The notes under the pieces are model-generated. The model did no database searches, was not told the DNA's origin, and saw only the letters and a program-made list of their open reading frames with translations. Source: an uncultured Actinomycetota bacterium (lineage in GTDB: Bacteria > Actinomycetota > Actinomycetes > Propionibacteriales > Nocardioidaceae). From it: a stretch of DNA of 64,000 bases. The stretch is taken from assembly GCA_963780275.1 (NCBI GenBank), contig CAWABE010000003.1, positions 124,958-188,957 on the forward strand. Direction: 5' to 3'. Position numbers and translations under genes: made by a program. Of this stretch, positions 9,275-19,637 are shown piece by piece. Each line of letters begins with the position of its first letter. The first letter of the stretch is position 1.

Positions 9275-10641
9275 ATGACCGAGTGGTTGCTGCTCGCGCT
9301 CTCCTTCTTCCTGATGCTCGCCTGCGGCGTCTTCGTGGCGGCCGAGTTCTCGTTCGTCACCGTCGACCGAGCCACGGTGGAGCGTGACGCGGAGGCCGGT
9401 GACCAGGGCGCCGCCGGCACCCTGAAGGCCCTGCGCTCGCTCTCCACCCAGCTCAGCGGTGCCCAGCTCGGGATCACGATCACCAACCTGGCCATCGGAT
9501 TCTTGGCGGAGCCTGCCTTGGGCACCCTGCTGCACGGGCCATTTGAGGATCTGGGGCTCGGTGAAGGAGGATCCAGGGCCGCGGCGTACGCCGTCGCCCT
9601 GGTCGTCAGCACCGTCGTGACCATGCTCGTCGGAGAGCTCATCCCCAAGAACATCGCTCTCGCGCTCCCGCAGGCCACGGCGTCGATCACTCAGCTGCCC
9701 CAGCGATGGTTCACGCGGGCGATGGCGTGGCCCATTCGCGCGCTCAACGGAACAGCCAACGCCATTCTGCGCTGGGTCGGCGTCGAGCCGCAGGAAGAGC
9801 TGCGCTCGGCCCGCTCGCCGATCGAGCTCCGGTCGCTCGTGCTGCGGTCGGCCCAGAAGGGCGCCATCGACGACGAGACGGCCGAGCTCGTCGCGCGCAG
9901 CATCGCCTTCGGTGATCGCACCGCTGCGGACGTGCGGACGCCTCGGGTGCACGTGCGATTCCTGGAGGGTCGGGACACCGCGCAGGACGTCATCGAGGCG
10001 GCTCGCGAGACCGGCCACTCGCGGTTCCCCGTCATCGGCCGGACCCCGGACGACGTGCTCGGCATCGTGCATGTCAAGCAGGCCGTGGGTGTCGAGCCTG
10101 AGCGCCGGCGCTCGGTCCGGCTGACCGAGATCACCGACCCCGCCACCACCGTCCCCGACAGCATCGAGCTCGACCCCCTTCTCACGCTGTTGCGTGACCA
10201 GGGCATGCAGATGGCGGTGGTCGTCGACGAGTACGGCGGCACCGATGGTGTGGTCACGCTGGAGGATCTGGTCGAGGAGATCGTGGGCGACATCGCCGAC
10301 GAGCACGACAAGCTGTCGACACTCAGCCGGCACCGCGGCGACGGTGCGTGGTCGCTGTCCGGTCTGCTCCGGCCCGACGAGGTCGCGGAGCAGACCGGCA
10401 TCGTGCTGCCGGAAAGTGAGGACTACGAGACCATCGCCGGCCTGATCAACGCCGATCTCGGCCGGCTCGCGACGCGTGGCGACTCCGTCACCCTCCGACT
10501 CGACCGGACCGGAGAAACCGACGAGAACGGTGCGCTGCCGCTCGTCGTGCACCTCGCCGTCGAGCACATGGATGGCCGACGCATCGACCGTGTGGTCATG
10601 ACGGTCGACGACCCGCCTGAGCGGAGGAGGAGGAGTCATGA
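9275..10641 (+). CDS. Hemolysin-family / CNNM (CorC/HlyC-like) CBS-domain transporter, with apparent 1-nt frameshift just before its stop
   Basis: FVAAEFS, QLGIT, GELIPKN, CBS pair, VVVDEYGGTDGVVTLEDLVEEIVG, CorC domain ending RIDRV. The frame misses the ATGA-overlap stop by one base (see findings). Confidence 0.88.
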
Positions 10642-11675
10642 GCACCTGGCTCGGCCTCGTGATTGCGCTCGTCCTCCTGGGTCTGAACGCTCTTTTCGTC
10701 GCCACGGAGTTCGCCCTCGTCTCCGCGCGTCGCACCCAGCTCGAGCCTGCGGCGCAAGCCGGTTCGGGCACCGCTCGCCTGGCGCTGCGTGCCATCGAGA
10801 ACGTCGGTCAGGCGATGGCTGCAGCGCAGCTGGGCATCACCATCTGCTCGCTCGGCCTGGGCGCGGTCGGGGAGCCGGCAGTCGCCCACCTCCTGGAGCC
10901 GGTGTTCGACGCGGTGTCGATGCCATCGGAGCTGGTCCACACGGTGTCGTTCGTCGTCGCCATGTCGATCGTGGTCTTCGCACACGTGGTGCTCGGCGAG
11001 ATGGTGCCGAAGAACCTCGCACTCGTCGGTCCCGACCGGGCCGCGCTGTACCTGGGACCGTTCATGCTCGCCGTCATCGCGGTGCTTCGCCCGTTCGTCG
11101 TCCTGCTGAACGGCATCGCCAACGTGGCGGTGCGGCTGGTTCGCATCGAGCCCAAGGACGAGGTTGCTTCGGCGTTCTCGCACGATGAGGTCGCCGGGCT
11201 GGTGAAGGAGTCGCGTCGCGAGGGACTGCTCGACGAGGACGAGTACGACCTCGTCTCCGGTGCCCTGGAGTTCCACGAGGGCAAGGTCGAGCAGGTACTC
11301 CTTCCGCTTCGAGGCCTGGTCACCATCGAGCCGAGCGCCACCCCGGTGGAGGTCGAACGGGCGTGTGCGGTCACCGGCTTCTCGCGGTTCCCGGTCTCCG
11401 ATGCGTCGGGCGAGATCACCGGCTACCTGCACATCAAGGACGTCCTCGAGACCGACGACGAGGCTCGCAGCGTGCCCATCGCCGGCAAGTGGGTGCGACC
11501 GCTGGCCACCGTGGCCACCGGCTCGAGCCTGTACGAAGCGCTGCGCACCATGCAGGCGCGGGGTTCCCACATGGCCCGGGTGGCCGACGGCGACGGCACC
11601 GTGCTCGGGGTCATCATGCTCGAGGACGTGCTGGAGGAGCTGGTCGGCGAGATCCGCGAGGCCGGCCGGTCGTAG
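10638..11675 (+). CDS. Hemolysin-family / CNNM CBS-domain protein (second of tandem pair)
   Basis: FVATEFA, QLGITICSL, GEMVPKN, GFSRFPV, MLEDVLEELVGEI. Confidence 0.92.
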   Translation: MSTWLGLVIALVLLGLNALFVATEFALVSARRTQLEPAAQAGSGTARLALRAIENVGQAMAAAQLGITICSLGLGAVGEPAVAHLLEPVFDAVSMPSELVHTVSFVVAMSIVVFAHVVLGEMVPKNLALVGPDRAALYLGPFMLAVIAVLRPFVVLLNGIANVAVRLVRIEPKDEVASAFSHDEVAGLVKESRREGLLDEDEYDLVSGALEFHEGKVEQVLLPLRGLVTIEPSATPVEVERACAVTGFSRFPVSDASGEITGYLHIKDVLETDDEARSVPIAGKWVRPLATVATGSSLYEALRTMQARGSHMARVADGDGTVLGVIMLEDVLEELVGEIREAGRS

Positions 11676-11696
11676 ACCCCGTCGTCGCCATGCACA

Positions 11697-14177
11697 ATGG
11701 GCAGGGTGCGTCGCGTCGTGGTCGTCTTGGCAGCTCTGCTCGTCGCGCTTCTGGTGGGGCTCTCGTTCGCCGCACTCACCACGATCCGCAAGTCGTTCCC
11801 CGACACCACCGGAGAGGTTCGCCTCAACGGGCTGCATGGCACGGTCGAGATCAAGCGCGACGGCCACGGCATTCCGCAGATCTTCGCCGACGACGCGGCT
11901 GACCTGTTCTTCGCGCAGGGTTACGTGCAGGCTCAGGACCGCTTCTACGAGATGGACTACCGCCGTCACGTGACGGCCGGGCGGTTGTCCGAGCTCATCG
12001 GCGAGGACGGCCTGGAGACGGACGGCTTCGTGCGCACCCTGGGTTGGCGCCGCGTGGCCGAGCAGGAATGGAATCAGCTGGGTTCTGGGGCCCGGTCGAA
12101 CCTGGAGGCGTACACGCGGGGCGTCAACGCCTACATCGACGGCAAGTCCGGCTCGGACCTCTCTCTGGAGTACTCCGTGCTCTCGCTGACCCGCCCGGAC
12201 TACCGGCCCGAGCCGTGGACGCCCGTCGACTCGGTCGCTTGGGTGAAAGCGATGGCCTGGGATCTGCGCAGCAACATGGTCGATGAGATCGATCGGACGA
12301 TGGCCTCGCGGCAGATGACGGTCGACCAGGTCGAGGAGCTTTATCCAGACCCGCCCCGGAGCCACGAGCCGATCGTCACGAATCGCCGGGTCAACGCCGC
12401 CACCAGGAACGCCCCGAAACCGGCGAGGCCCGACCATGTCGTCGATGCGTCGCTGACGAGGGCTCGCGACGCGGCCCGGAAGCTGCCCGCCCTGCTCGGC
12501 ACGGATGAGGGCATCGGCTCCAACTCCTGGGTGGTGGACGGCGAGCACTCGACCACCGGCAAGCCGATCCTCGCCAACGACCCGCACCTCGCACCGACGA
12601 TGCCCGGCGTCTGGTATCAGGTGGGCCTGCACTGCCGCGCGCTCTCCGACGACTGCCCGTACGACGTGTCGGGCTTCTCCTTCTCCGGCATGCCTGGCGT
12701 GGTGGTGGGGCACAACCGTCGCATCGCGTGGGGGGTGAGCACGATGTACGCCGACGTCACCGACCTCTATCTCGAGCGGGTCGATGGCGACACCTACGAG
12801 TACAAGGGCAAGAAGGTCCCGCTGGAGACCCGGCGCGAGACGATCGAGGTCGCCGGAGGCGAGTCGCGCACGATCACCGTCCGGTCGACGCGACACGGCC
12901 CGATCCTCTCCGACCTCGACGACGAGATCGGAGCCGTGGGCGGCCCGGAGCACGAGGTCGCGCTGCGATGGACGGCGCTGACGCCCAGGCCGACGATCTC
13001 GGCCGTCTTCGCGCTCAACCGGGCCCAGAACTGGACGGAGTTCCGGGCCGCGGCCAAGCGATTCACCGTCCCCTCGCAGAACCTCGTGTACGCCGACGTC
13101 GAGGGCAACATCGGATACCAGGCGCCCGGCGCCATCCCGATCCGCAGCCGCGGCGACGGCCGCTGGCCGGTGCCGGGCTGGGACGGCAAGCACGAGTGGA
13201 AGGGGTACGTGCCGTTCAAGGCCCTGCCGCGCGAGCTGAACCCCACGGAGGGCTTCGTCGTCACCGCGAACAACCGGGTCGCCGGCGACCGCTACCGGTA
13301 CCTGCTCGGTGCCGACTCCGCGGTCGGATACCGCTCCGAGCGGATCCGCGACCTCATCACGTCGAAGGATCGCCTGTCGGTGCGTGACATGACCCGGTTC
13401 CAGACCGACTCGTACAACCCGAACGCGGAGCAGCTGGTGCCCCACCTGCTCGACATCGAGCTGGACGGCGCGTTCGCCAGCCAAGGGCAGGAGACGCTCG
13501 AGGGATGGGACTACCGGCAGTCCGCCGACTCCGCCGCTGCCGCCTACTTCAGCGCCGTGTGGCGCAACGTGCTCGAGCTGACCTTCCACGACGAGCTGCC
13601 CCGCGAGCAGTGGCCCGACGGTGGGGAGCGGTGGTTCAACGTCGTGCGGACCATCCTCGACCAGCCGAAGAGTCGCTGGTGGGACAACCTGGCGACGCCC
13701 ACCGTGGTCGAGCGGCGCGATGACATCCTCGAGGAGTCGATGATCCGCGCCCGCGACGAGCTGACGAGCATCATGTCGCGTGACACCTCCGGCTGGGCCT
13801 GGGGAAATCTGCACCGACTGACCCTCGTCAACCCGACGCTCGGTGAGTCCGGGGTCGGGCTGGTCGATCGCCTGTTCAACCGCGGGCCGGTGCGGGTCGG
13901 TGGCGGCAGCGGACTGGTCGACGCATCGGCGTGGGATGCTGCCGAGGGCTACGAGGTCACCGCCGTGCCGACCATGCGCATGGTGGTCGACCTGGCTCAC
14001 TTCGACCGCTCCCGATGGATCCAGATGTCGGGCAGCTCAGGCCACGCGTACCACGAGCACTACGTCGATCAGCTGCCGTTGTGGATCGACGGCCGAACGC
14101 TGCCGTGGGCGTTCGGCCACCAGGCCGTCTCGACGTCCACCGAGGACACGTTGACGATGCGCCCCACGACGCAGTAG
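11697..14177 (+). CDS. Penicillin acylase family (Ntn-hydrolase) protein
   Basis: GYVQAQDRFYEMD, catalytic G-SNSWVV, LANDPHL, SQNLVYAD, TANN. Confidence 0.93.
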   Translation: MGRVRRVVVVLAALLVALLVGLSFAALTTIRKSFPDTTGEVRLNGLHGTVEIKRDGHGIPQIFADDAADLFFAQGYVQAQDRFYEMDYRRHVTAGRLSELIGEDGLETDGFVRTLGWRRVAEQEWNQLGSGARSNLEAYTRGVNAYIDGKSGSDLSLEYSVLSLTRPDYRPEPWTPVDSVAWVKAMAWDLRSNMVDEIDRTMASRQMTVDQVEELYPDPPRSHEPIVTNRRVNAATRNAPKPARPDHVVDASLTRARDAARKLPALLGTDEGIGSNSWVVDGEHSTTGKPILANDPHLAPTMPGVWYQVGLHCRALSDDCPYDVSGFSFSGMPGVVVGHNRRIAWGVSTMYADVTDLYLERVDGDTYEYKGKKVPLETRRETIEVAGGESRTITVRSTRHGPILSDLDDEIGAVGGPEHEVALRWTALTPRPTISAVFALNRAQNWTEFRAAAKRFTVPSQNLVYADVEGNIGYQAPGAIPIRSRGDGRWPVPGWDGKHEWKGYVPFKALPRELNPTEGFVVTANNRVAGDRYRYLLGADSAVGYRSERIRDLITSKDRLSVRDMTRFQTDSYNPNAEQLVPHLLDIELDGAFASQGQETLEGWDYRQSADSAAAAYFSAVWRNVLELTFHDELPREQWPDGGERWFNVVRTILDQPKSRWWDNLATPTVVERRDDILEESMIRARDELTSIMSRDTSGWAWGNLHRLTLVNPTLGESGVGLVDRLFNRGPVRVGGGSGLVDASAWDAAEGYEVTAVPTMRMVVDLAHFDRSRWIQMSGSSGHAYHEHYVDQLPLWIDGRTLPWAFGHQAVSTSTEDTLTMRPTTQ

Positions 14178-14288
14178 CGGCGAATTATCGACAGGAATCC
14201 CCGTCGGTCAAGGAACGACACGCCTGTGACGCATGTTTTTTGTGGGATTTCTGTTCCCCGTGGGGCGAATCGACATTACGTTGTCAGG

Positions 14289-15506
14289 ATGCGTCTCTTC
14301 CCCGTCGCGATCCGCGGGCTCGCCGTGTGCATGCTGCTCACGGTGGCGAGCGCGCCGCTGGCGCAGGCGGACGACCCATCGGTCGGTGAGCTGCAGGTGC
14401 GGCTCGTCCAGTCACGCATGCACCTCAACGACCTCCTCGCCCGCTCCGCCGCGGCGGCCGAGCGGCTCAACGGCGCAACGTTCGAGCTCGCCGAGGCCGA
14501 GGCGGAGCTCGAGCGGCAGCGGGCAGCCGTCGAGCGCGCCGAGGCCCAGCTGGCCGACCAGCGCGAGGTCGTCGCGGCGTTGACGGTCGAGCAGCTGCAG
14601 TCGGGCACCGGGACTGCACGCCTGAGCGCCTTGTTCGAGAGCGACGGCCCTCAGCAGCTGCTCGAGCGGGCCGGCGCCTACACCAGCACCAACGAGGCCA
14701 TGAATGCCCGCATCGATGCACTCACCGCCCGACAAGTCGTCCGCGATGCCGCCGTCGATCGTGCCGATGCCGCTCAGGAAGGGCTCCGCTCGGCGGTGAA
14801 GGAGCGGAAGGTGGCGGCGGCCGGCATCGATCGAGCGATCGCCACGGCCGAGTCTGCCGTCGAGTCGACGAGCCGCGAGCGCGATGCCCTGATCGAGCAG
14901 CTCGCGTCAGCGCAGGGCGTCACCGTGCAGGCGGCGGCGAGGAACCAGGACAAGATCGACGAGCGGATCGACCAGGGCGGACCGTCCACACCGGTTGGAG
15001 GCCCGGCGACGGACCCGATCACGAGCCCGGAGCCCACCGAACCGGCACCGAGCATCCCGAAACCGACCGAGCCCAAGCCGAATCCGACCGTTGCTCCCAA
15101 GCCCAAGCCCACGCCCAAGCCGGCCGACCCGCCGCCGGCGTCGGGTGGCAAGGCCGACCGGGCCATCGCCTACGCCCAGGCGCAGCTCGGCGAGCCGTAC
15201 AAGTGGGGCGGTGCCGGGCCGGGATCGTGGGACTGCTCCGGTCTGGTCATGAAGGCGTGGGGCTCGGCCGGCGTCAGCCTGCCGCACTCCGCGAGCGCGC
15301 AGTACTCACGGACACAGAAGGTGTCCCTGGGCAGCATCCAGCGCGGAGACCTCGTCTACTGGGGCAAGAGCCCCGGCTCGATCTACCACGTCGCGATGTA
15401 CCTCGGCGGCGGCAAGATGATCCACGCTCCGCGGCCGGGCCGCGACGTCGAGATCGTCCCCATCACCTACTGGATCAAGCCGAGCTTCGCGTCACGTCCG
15501 GGCTGA
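14289..15506 (+). CDS. Secreted NlpC/P60 (C40) peptidoglycan endopeptidase with coiled-coil and Pro-rich linker
   Basis: Signal peptide; YKWGGAGPGSWDCSGL; HVAMYLGGGKMIHAP. Confidence 0.93.
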   Translation: MRLFPVAIRGLAVCMLLTVASAPLAQADDPSVGELQVRLVQSRMHLNDLLARSAAAAERLNGATFELAEAEAELERQRAAVERAEAQLADQREVVAALTVEQLQSGTGTARLSALFESDGPQQLLERAGAYTSTNEAMNARIDALTARQVVRDAAVDRADAAQEGLRSAVKERKVAAAGIDRAIATAESAVESTSRERDALIEQLASAQGVTVQAAARNQDKIDERIDQGGPSTPVGGPATDPITSPEPTEPAPSIPKPTEPKPNPTVAPKPKPTPKPADPPPASGGKADRAIAYAQAQLGEPYKWGGAGPGSWDCSGLVMKAWGSAGVSLPHSASAQYSRTQKVSLGSIQRGDLVYWGKSPGSIYHVAMYLGGGKMIHAPRPGRDVEIVPITYWIKPSFASRPG

Positions 15507-16168
15507 CGATCCGTCGACGAACCGTGACCCGACGGTGTAGCGGCCAGCCAGCCGAGTCCGACGAGGGACACCACGGCCGATCCGGCGATGAACGAGACCA
15601 ACGGCCCGGGCGCGGTCAGCATGACGCCGGCGCCTCCAACGCCTACGATGACCGCAGCCGTACGCGGTGCCATCCGGGAGCGGAAGATCGCGGCTCCCAG
15701 CAGCAGCCAGCCGATCGCGCCGATGATCAACAGCAGGTATCCGATGAAGCCGAGCGGCGCCGTCGAAGCGGTGTCGAACAAGGCCACCATGGCACCGCGG
15801 TCGTCGGCCTGGGCCGCCGTGGAGGCGACAGCCGACACCTCGGCGAAGTCCACGAGCCCGAACCCGCCGACTACGGCGAGCACCCGCCCTGTACCGGCCA
15901 TGCGCCTCGACCCGCCTCGCGCCAACCGTCCGACGGCGATGGCGGCGACCGCATACAGCAAGCCGCTCAGGTAGGTCAGCACGACCCCCAGCTCGTGTGC
16001 GGACTGGTTCTCAGCGATCGCCGTCATGATGCGGTCCCAGTCCGTCACGTTGTTCGTCTGGATCCATGGCGTGAGCAGCAGCCGGGCGACGACAGCCACG
16101 GCCGGTGCCGAGACGAGTGCGAGCGCAAGGGTGAGGCGATGTCTGGTCATGATGACTCCTTGGGTCAT
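15467..16168 (-). CDS. Multi-pass membrane protein (DUF4386-like)
   Basis: About six hydrophobic segments; family assignment tentative. Confidence 0.6.
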   Translation of the reverse strand: MTQGVIMTRHRLTLALALVSAPAVAVVARLLLTPWIQTNNVTDWDRIMTAIAENQSAHELGVVLTYLSGLLYAVAAIAVGRLARGGSRRMAGTGRVLAVVGGFGLVDFAEVSAVASTAAQADDRGAMVALFDTASTAPLGFIGYLLLIIGAIGWLLLGAAIFRSRMAPRTAAVIVGVGGAGVMLTAPGPLVSFIAGSAVVSLVGLGWLAATPSGHGSSTDRQPGRDAKLGLIQ

Positions 16169-16235
16169 CCACGACGCTAGGAGTCGACGCCGGGTCGCGT
16201 CGTCAGCAGCAGCACCGGATTGCCGCTCCGTGCTG

Positions 16236-16802
16236 CTACGCAGGCGGGACGCGAAAGATCCCGGTCTCGGTGACGGCCATCTGCACCGGGACGTCGTGGT
16301 CGTCGTGGGGCACCGTTTCCACCAGCTCGTTCGCGTGGACGACGGCGCAGATCGGCGCCGTCACGGACGCCAGCGCGCGGTCGTAGTAGCCGGCGCCTCG
16401 CCCGAGCCGGTGTCCGGCGTGATCGACGGCCATCGCCGGCACGATGACCAGGCCCGCGTCCGCGAGCGCCTCCGGCCCGAGCCTCGGACCGTCCGGCTCT
16501 GGAATGCCGATGGATGAGAGACGGAGCGGGGCGGCCGGGTCGAAGACCACCCACTCCAGCTGGTGGTCCTCAGAGCGTGTGACGGGGACGAGGACGTCGA
16601 CGCCGCGCTTCAGCAGGCCGGTGATCAGTGGTCCGGTGCCCGGCTCGGTGCCCATGGAGAGGTGGCAGGCGACGCGGTCGACCTGCGTGAACGGTGCGGC
16701 GAGCAGGTGCGCGGCGATCGCGTCGGCCACCATGAGTCGCTGCTCGGCTCCACGCTGCTGGCGGCTCTGCAGGACCTGGCGCCGCAGCGCGTCCTTGCTC
16801 AC
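16236..16802 (-). CDS. 5-formyltetrahydrofolate cyclo-ligase
   Basis: SKDALRRQV, EPGT, VPAMAVD..G.RLGRGAGYYDRAL, HDVPV; GTG start at 16802. Confidence 0.93.
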   Translation of the reverse strand: MSKDALRRQVLQSRQQRGAEQRLMVADAIAAHLLAAPFTQVDRVACHLSMGTEPGTGPLITGLLKRGVDVLVPVTRSEDHQLEWVVFDPAAPLRLSSIGIPEPDGPRLGPEALADAGLVIVPAMAVDHAGHRLGRGAGYYDRALASVTAPICAVVHANELVETVPHDDHDVPVQMAVTETGIFRVPPA

Positions 16803-16818
16803 GCGCCGACGATAACCT

Positions 16819-18189
16819 GTGCCGGTGAGTGGATTGGCCCGGGCGCAGCAGAAGATGACCGACGCCGGGGTTCCCCAGCGGGCCATCGACGTGTTCACCT
16901 CCTTCTACGCCCAGCTCGAGGGCGGAGCGACCGGGATGATCGCCGAGGCGGAGGTGGATCCGCTGACCGACCTGGTGCGGGCGGCGGACCTCGCGCTCGA
17001 CGACCTCAACACGGAGGCGGTCGCGTCCACGGCCGTCATCAAGCTCAACGGTGGGCTCGGCACCTCGATGGGCATGGACCGCGCCAAGTCGCTGCTGCCG
17101 GTGCGGGCCGACCTGTCGTTCCTCGACATCATCGTCGGGCAGGTGCAGCACATCCGTCGCACCCACGATGTCGGGCTGCCACTGCTGTTCATGAACAGCT
17201 TCCGCACCCACGACGACACTCTGGCCGCACTCTCGCGGTACGACGACCTCGCGGTGGACGGACTGCCCCTCGACTTCCTGCAGAACCGCGAACCCAAGCT
17301 GCGTGCCGACGACCTGAACCCGGTCGACTGGCCGGACGACCCATCCCTCGAGTGGTGCCCGCCAGGCCATGGCGACCTCTACACGGCTCTGGAGACGTCG
17401 GGAGTGCTCGCCGCGCTGCTCGATGCGGGCTTCAGGTACGCCACCGTCTCCAACGCCGACAACCTCGGCGCCGCTCCCGACCCGGCGATGATGGAGTGGT
17501 TCGCTGCCTCCGGCGCCCCCTACGCGGCGGAGGTCTGCCGCCGCACGCCGGCCGACGTCAAGGGCGGCCACCTGGTCGTGCGCCGTGAGGATGGTCGGCT
17601 GGTGCTGCGGGAGACAGCGCAGACTCCGCCCGACGACGCCGAGGCCGCCGCCGACCTCACCCGGCACCGCTACTTCCACACCAACAATCTCTGGTTCGAC
17701 CTCGAGCAGCTGGCGCAGACGCTGGCCGAGCGTGACGGCATCCTCGGCCTTCCGCTCATCCGCAACGAGAAGACGGTCGACCCCACCGACCCGTCGTCGC
17801 CGCGTGTCGTCCAGATCGAGTCCGCGATGGGGGCAGCCGTCGAGGTGTTCGACGGTGCGACGGCGATCGAGGTCGACCGCTCGCGGTTCCTCCCGGTGAA
17901 GACCACCAACGACCTCCTCGTGCTGCGCTCCGACGTCTACGGCGTCGGAGACGACTTCCGGCTCCGTGCACAGGTGGAGCCGGCGCTCGTCGATCTGGAC
18001 CGGCGCTTCTACGCCACGATCGGCGACTTCGACGCGCGTGTGCCCGACCCACCGTCGCTCGTCGAGGCGACGTCGCTCACCGTTCGAGGCGACTGGAGGT
18101 TCGGCCGAGGCGTGGTCGTGACCGGTGACGTCCGACTCGACGACGAAGGCACAGCTCGCAGCATCCCCCCGGACACACGGTTAGGCTGA
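16819..18189 (+). CDS. ugpA: UTP--glucose-1-phosphate uridylyltransferase, eukaryote-type (UDPGP family, Bifidobacterium UgpA-like)
   Basis: KLNGGLGTSMG...KSLL, MNSF.T, WCPPGHGD, SNADNLGA, FHTNNLW, RFLPVKTTNDL. Confidence 0.92.
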   Translation: MPVSGLARAQQKMTDAGVPQRAIDVFTSFYAQLEGGATGMIAEAEVDPLTDLVRAADLALDDLNTEAVASTAVIKLNGGLGTSMGMDRAKSLLPVRADLSFLDIIVGQVQHIRRTHDVGLPLLFMNSFRTHDDTLAALSRYDDLAVDGLPLDFLQNREPKLRADDLNPVDWPDDPSLEWCPPGHGDLYTALETSGVLAALLDAGFRYATVSNADNLGAAPDPAMMEWFAASGAPYAAEVCRRTPADVKGGHLVVRREDGRLVLRETAQTPPDDAEAAADLTRHRYFHTNNLWFDLEQLAQTLAERDGILGLPLIRNEKTVDPTDPSSPRVVQIESAMGAAVEVFDGATAIEVDRSRFLPVKTTNDLLVLRSDVYGVGDDFRLRAQVEPALVDLDRRFYATIGDFDARVPDPPSLVEATSLTVRGDWRFGRGVVVTGDVRLDDEGTARSIPPDTRLG

Positions 18190-18194
18190 CCCGC

Positions 18195-19637
18195 ATGTCG
18201 TCGGAAACCCCGGACTCCGGGTCTGATCAGAGCATGCTGCCGCTCGACTCGGACCGTCCGTCCGAGGACACCGAATCGGACACCGGATCGTCCACCATCG
18301 CTCAGGCGCCACCCGACGAACCAGAGCGCGAGGCCCACTCCAGCGATGCACCGGCCGATCCCGAGGTGCCGTCGCACGCGCGTCCTCGCACCCGTCCGGC
18401 GAGCATCAGCGACGACCTGATCACGGTCGAAGACCATCTCGAGCGGATCCTGCGGGGCATCGGTCCGCTGGAAGCCTACGACCAGCCGATCGTGGAGTCG
18501 CTCGGCCTGCCGCTGCACGAGAACTTCGTCGCCCCGATCGACCTGCCGCGGTTCGCCAACTCCGGCATGGACGGCTACGCCTTGCGCGCCGAGGACGTCA
18601 CCGGCGCGACGCCCGAGTCGCCGGTGACGTTGCCGGTGGTCGGCGAGATCGTGGCCGGTTCGGCGAAGCCGTTCGCCATCAGCGCCGGCACCGCGGTCAA
18701 GATCATGACCGGGGCACCCATCCCGCGGGGCGCCGACACGGTCATCGCGTTCGAGCGCACCGACCGTGGCAACGCGCGCGTGAGCATCCATGAGGCCGCG
18801 CCGGTCGGCGCCAACGTCCGCACCCAGGGCAGCGACGTCCAGGCCGGCGACCTCGTGCTGTCTGCCGGCACGGTGCTCGGGGCGCGGGAGATCGGGCTCC
18901 TCGCCGCCCTCGGCGCGCCACGGGTGAAGGCGCGTCCGCGACCGCGGGTCGTCATCATCTCCACCGGCAGCGAGCTGCGCGAGCCGGGCACCCACCTCGA
19001 CTACGACTCCATCCACGACGGCAACAGCTACATGTTGGCCGCCGCCGTACGCGCCGCCGGCGCGATCGCCTACCGGGTCGGCGCCGTCGACGACACGCCT
19101 CGGACCTTCCGCAAGGTGCTCGCCGAGCAGCTGGTTCGCGCCGACCTCGTCGTCACCAGCGGCGGGGTCAGCATGGGCGAGAAGGACGTCGTCAAGGAGA
19201 CTCTGTCCGCGTTGGGCACCGTCTCGTTCGACAAGGTGGCCATGCAGCCGGGCAAGCCGCAAGGCTTCGGGCGGGTCTTCGACGAGCAGAAGCCGATCAT
19301 CACGCTGCCGGGCAATCCGGTCTCGGCCTATGTGTCGTTCGAGGTGTTCGTGCTCCCGGCCATCAGACGCCTGATGGGTCGCACGCCGTATCGGCGCCCG
19401 ATGGTGCACGCCGTGCTGGCGTCCGACCTGCAGTCGAAGCCGGGCCTGCGCCAGTACGTGCGCGGCTTCTTCGAGGTCACCCACCGGGGCGCCAAGGTCA
19501 CGCCGGTGCAGGGTCACGGCTCGCACCTGCTGGGCGCGCTCGCGAAGTCCAACGCGCTGATCGTCGTGGGGGAGGACGAGACGGCGCTCAACCTCGGCGA
19601 CACGGTCCGCACCCTGGTGCTCGACAGGCCGTTCTGA
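18195..19637 (+). CDS. moeA: Molybdopterin molybdotransferase (gephyrin-like)
   Basis: FANSGMDGYA, IMTGAPIP, STGSEL, SGGVS, MQPGKPQG, LPGNPVS. Confidence 0.95.
   Translation: MSSETPDSGSDQSMLPLDSDRPSEDTESDTGSSTIAQAPPDEPEREAHSSDAPADPEVPSHARPRTRPASISDDLITVEDHLERILRGIGPLEAYDQPIVESLGLPLHENFVAPIDLPRFANSGMDGYALRAEDVTGATPESPVTLPVVGEIVAGSAKPFAISAGTAVKIMTGAPIPRGADTVIAFERTDRGNARVSIHEAAPVGANVRTQGSDVQAGDLVLSAGTVLGAREIGLLAALGAPRVKARPRPRVVIISTGSELREPGTHLDYDSIHDGNSYMLAAAVRAAGAIAYRVGAVDDTPRTFRKVLAEQLVRADLVVTSGGVSMGEKDVVKETLSALGTVSFDKVAMQPGKPQGFGRVFDEQKPIITLPGNPVSAYVSFEVFVLPAIRRLMGRTPYRRPMVHAVLASDLQSKPGLRQYVRGFFEVTHRGAKVTPVQGHGSHLLGALAKSNALIVVGEDETALNLGDTVRTLVLDRPF

Noticed and set aside
10596-14000. 1134-aa minus-strand ORF and other long shadow ORFs (8885-10795, 25841-28039, 38114-39592, 35514-37406 extension)
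   Set aside because: They are antisense or off-frame to well-supported genes, have no motifs, and are expected in ~70% GC DNA with few stop codons.
14178-14288. c-di-AMP (ydaO) riboswitch upstream of the NlpC/P60 gene
   Set aside because: Only a GGGGCGAATC fragment matches; the other conserved blocks are absent and the region is too short.
15030-15140. Pro/Lys/Thr-rich repeats in the NlpC/P60 gene as a tandem-repeat element
   Set aside because: Ordinary low-complexity linker between coiled-coil and catalytic domain.
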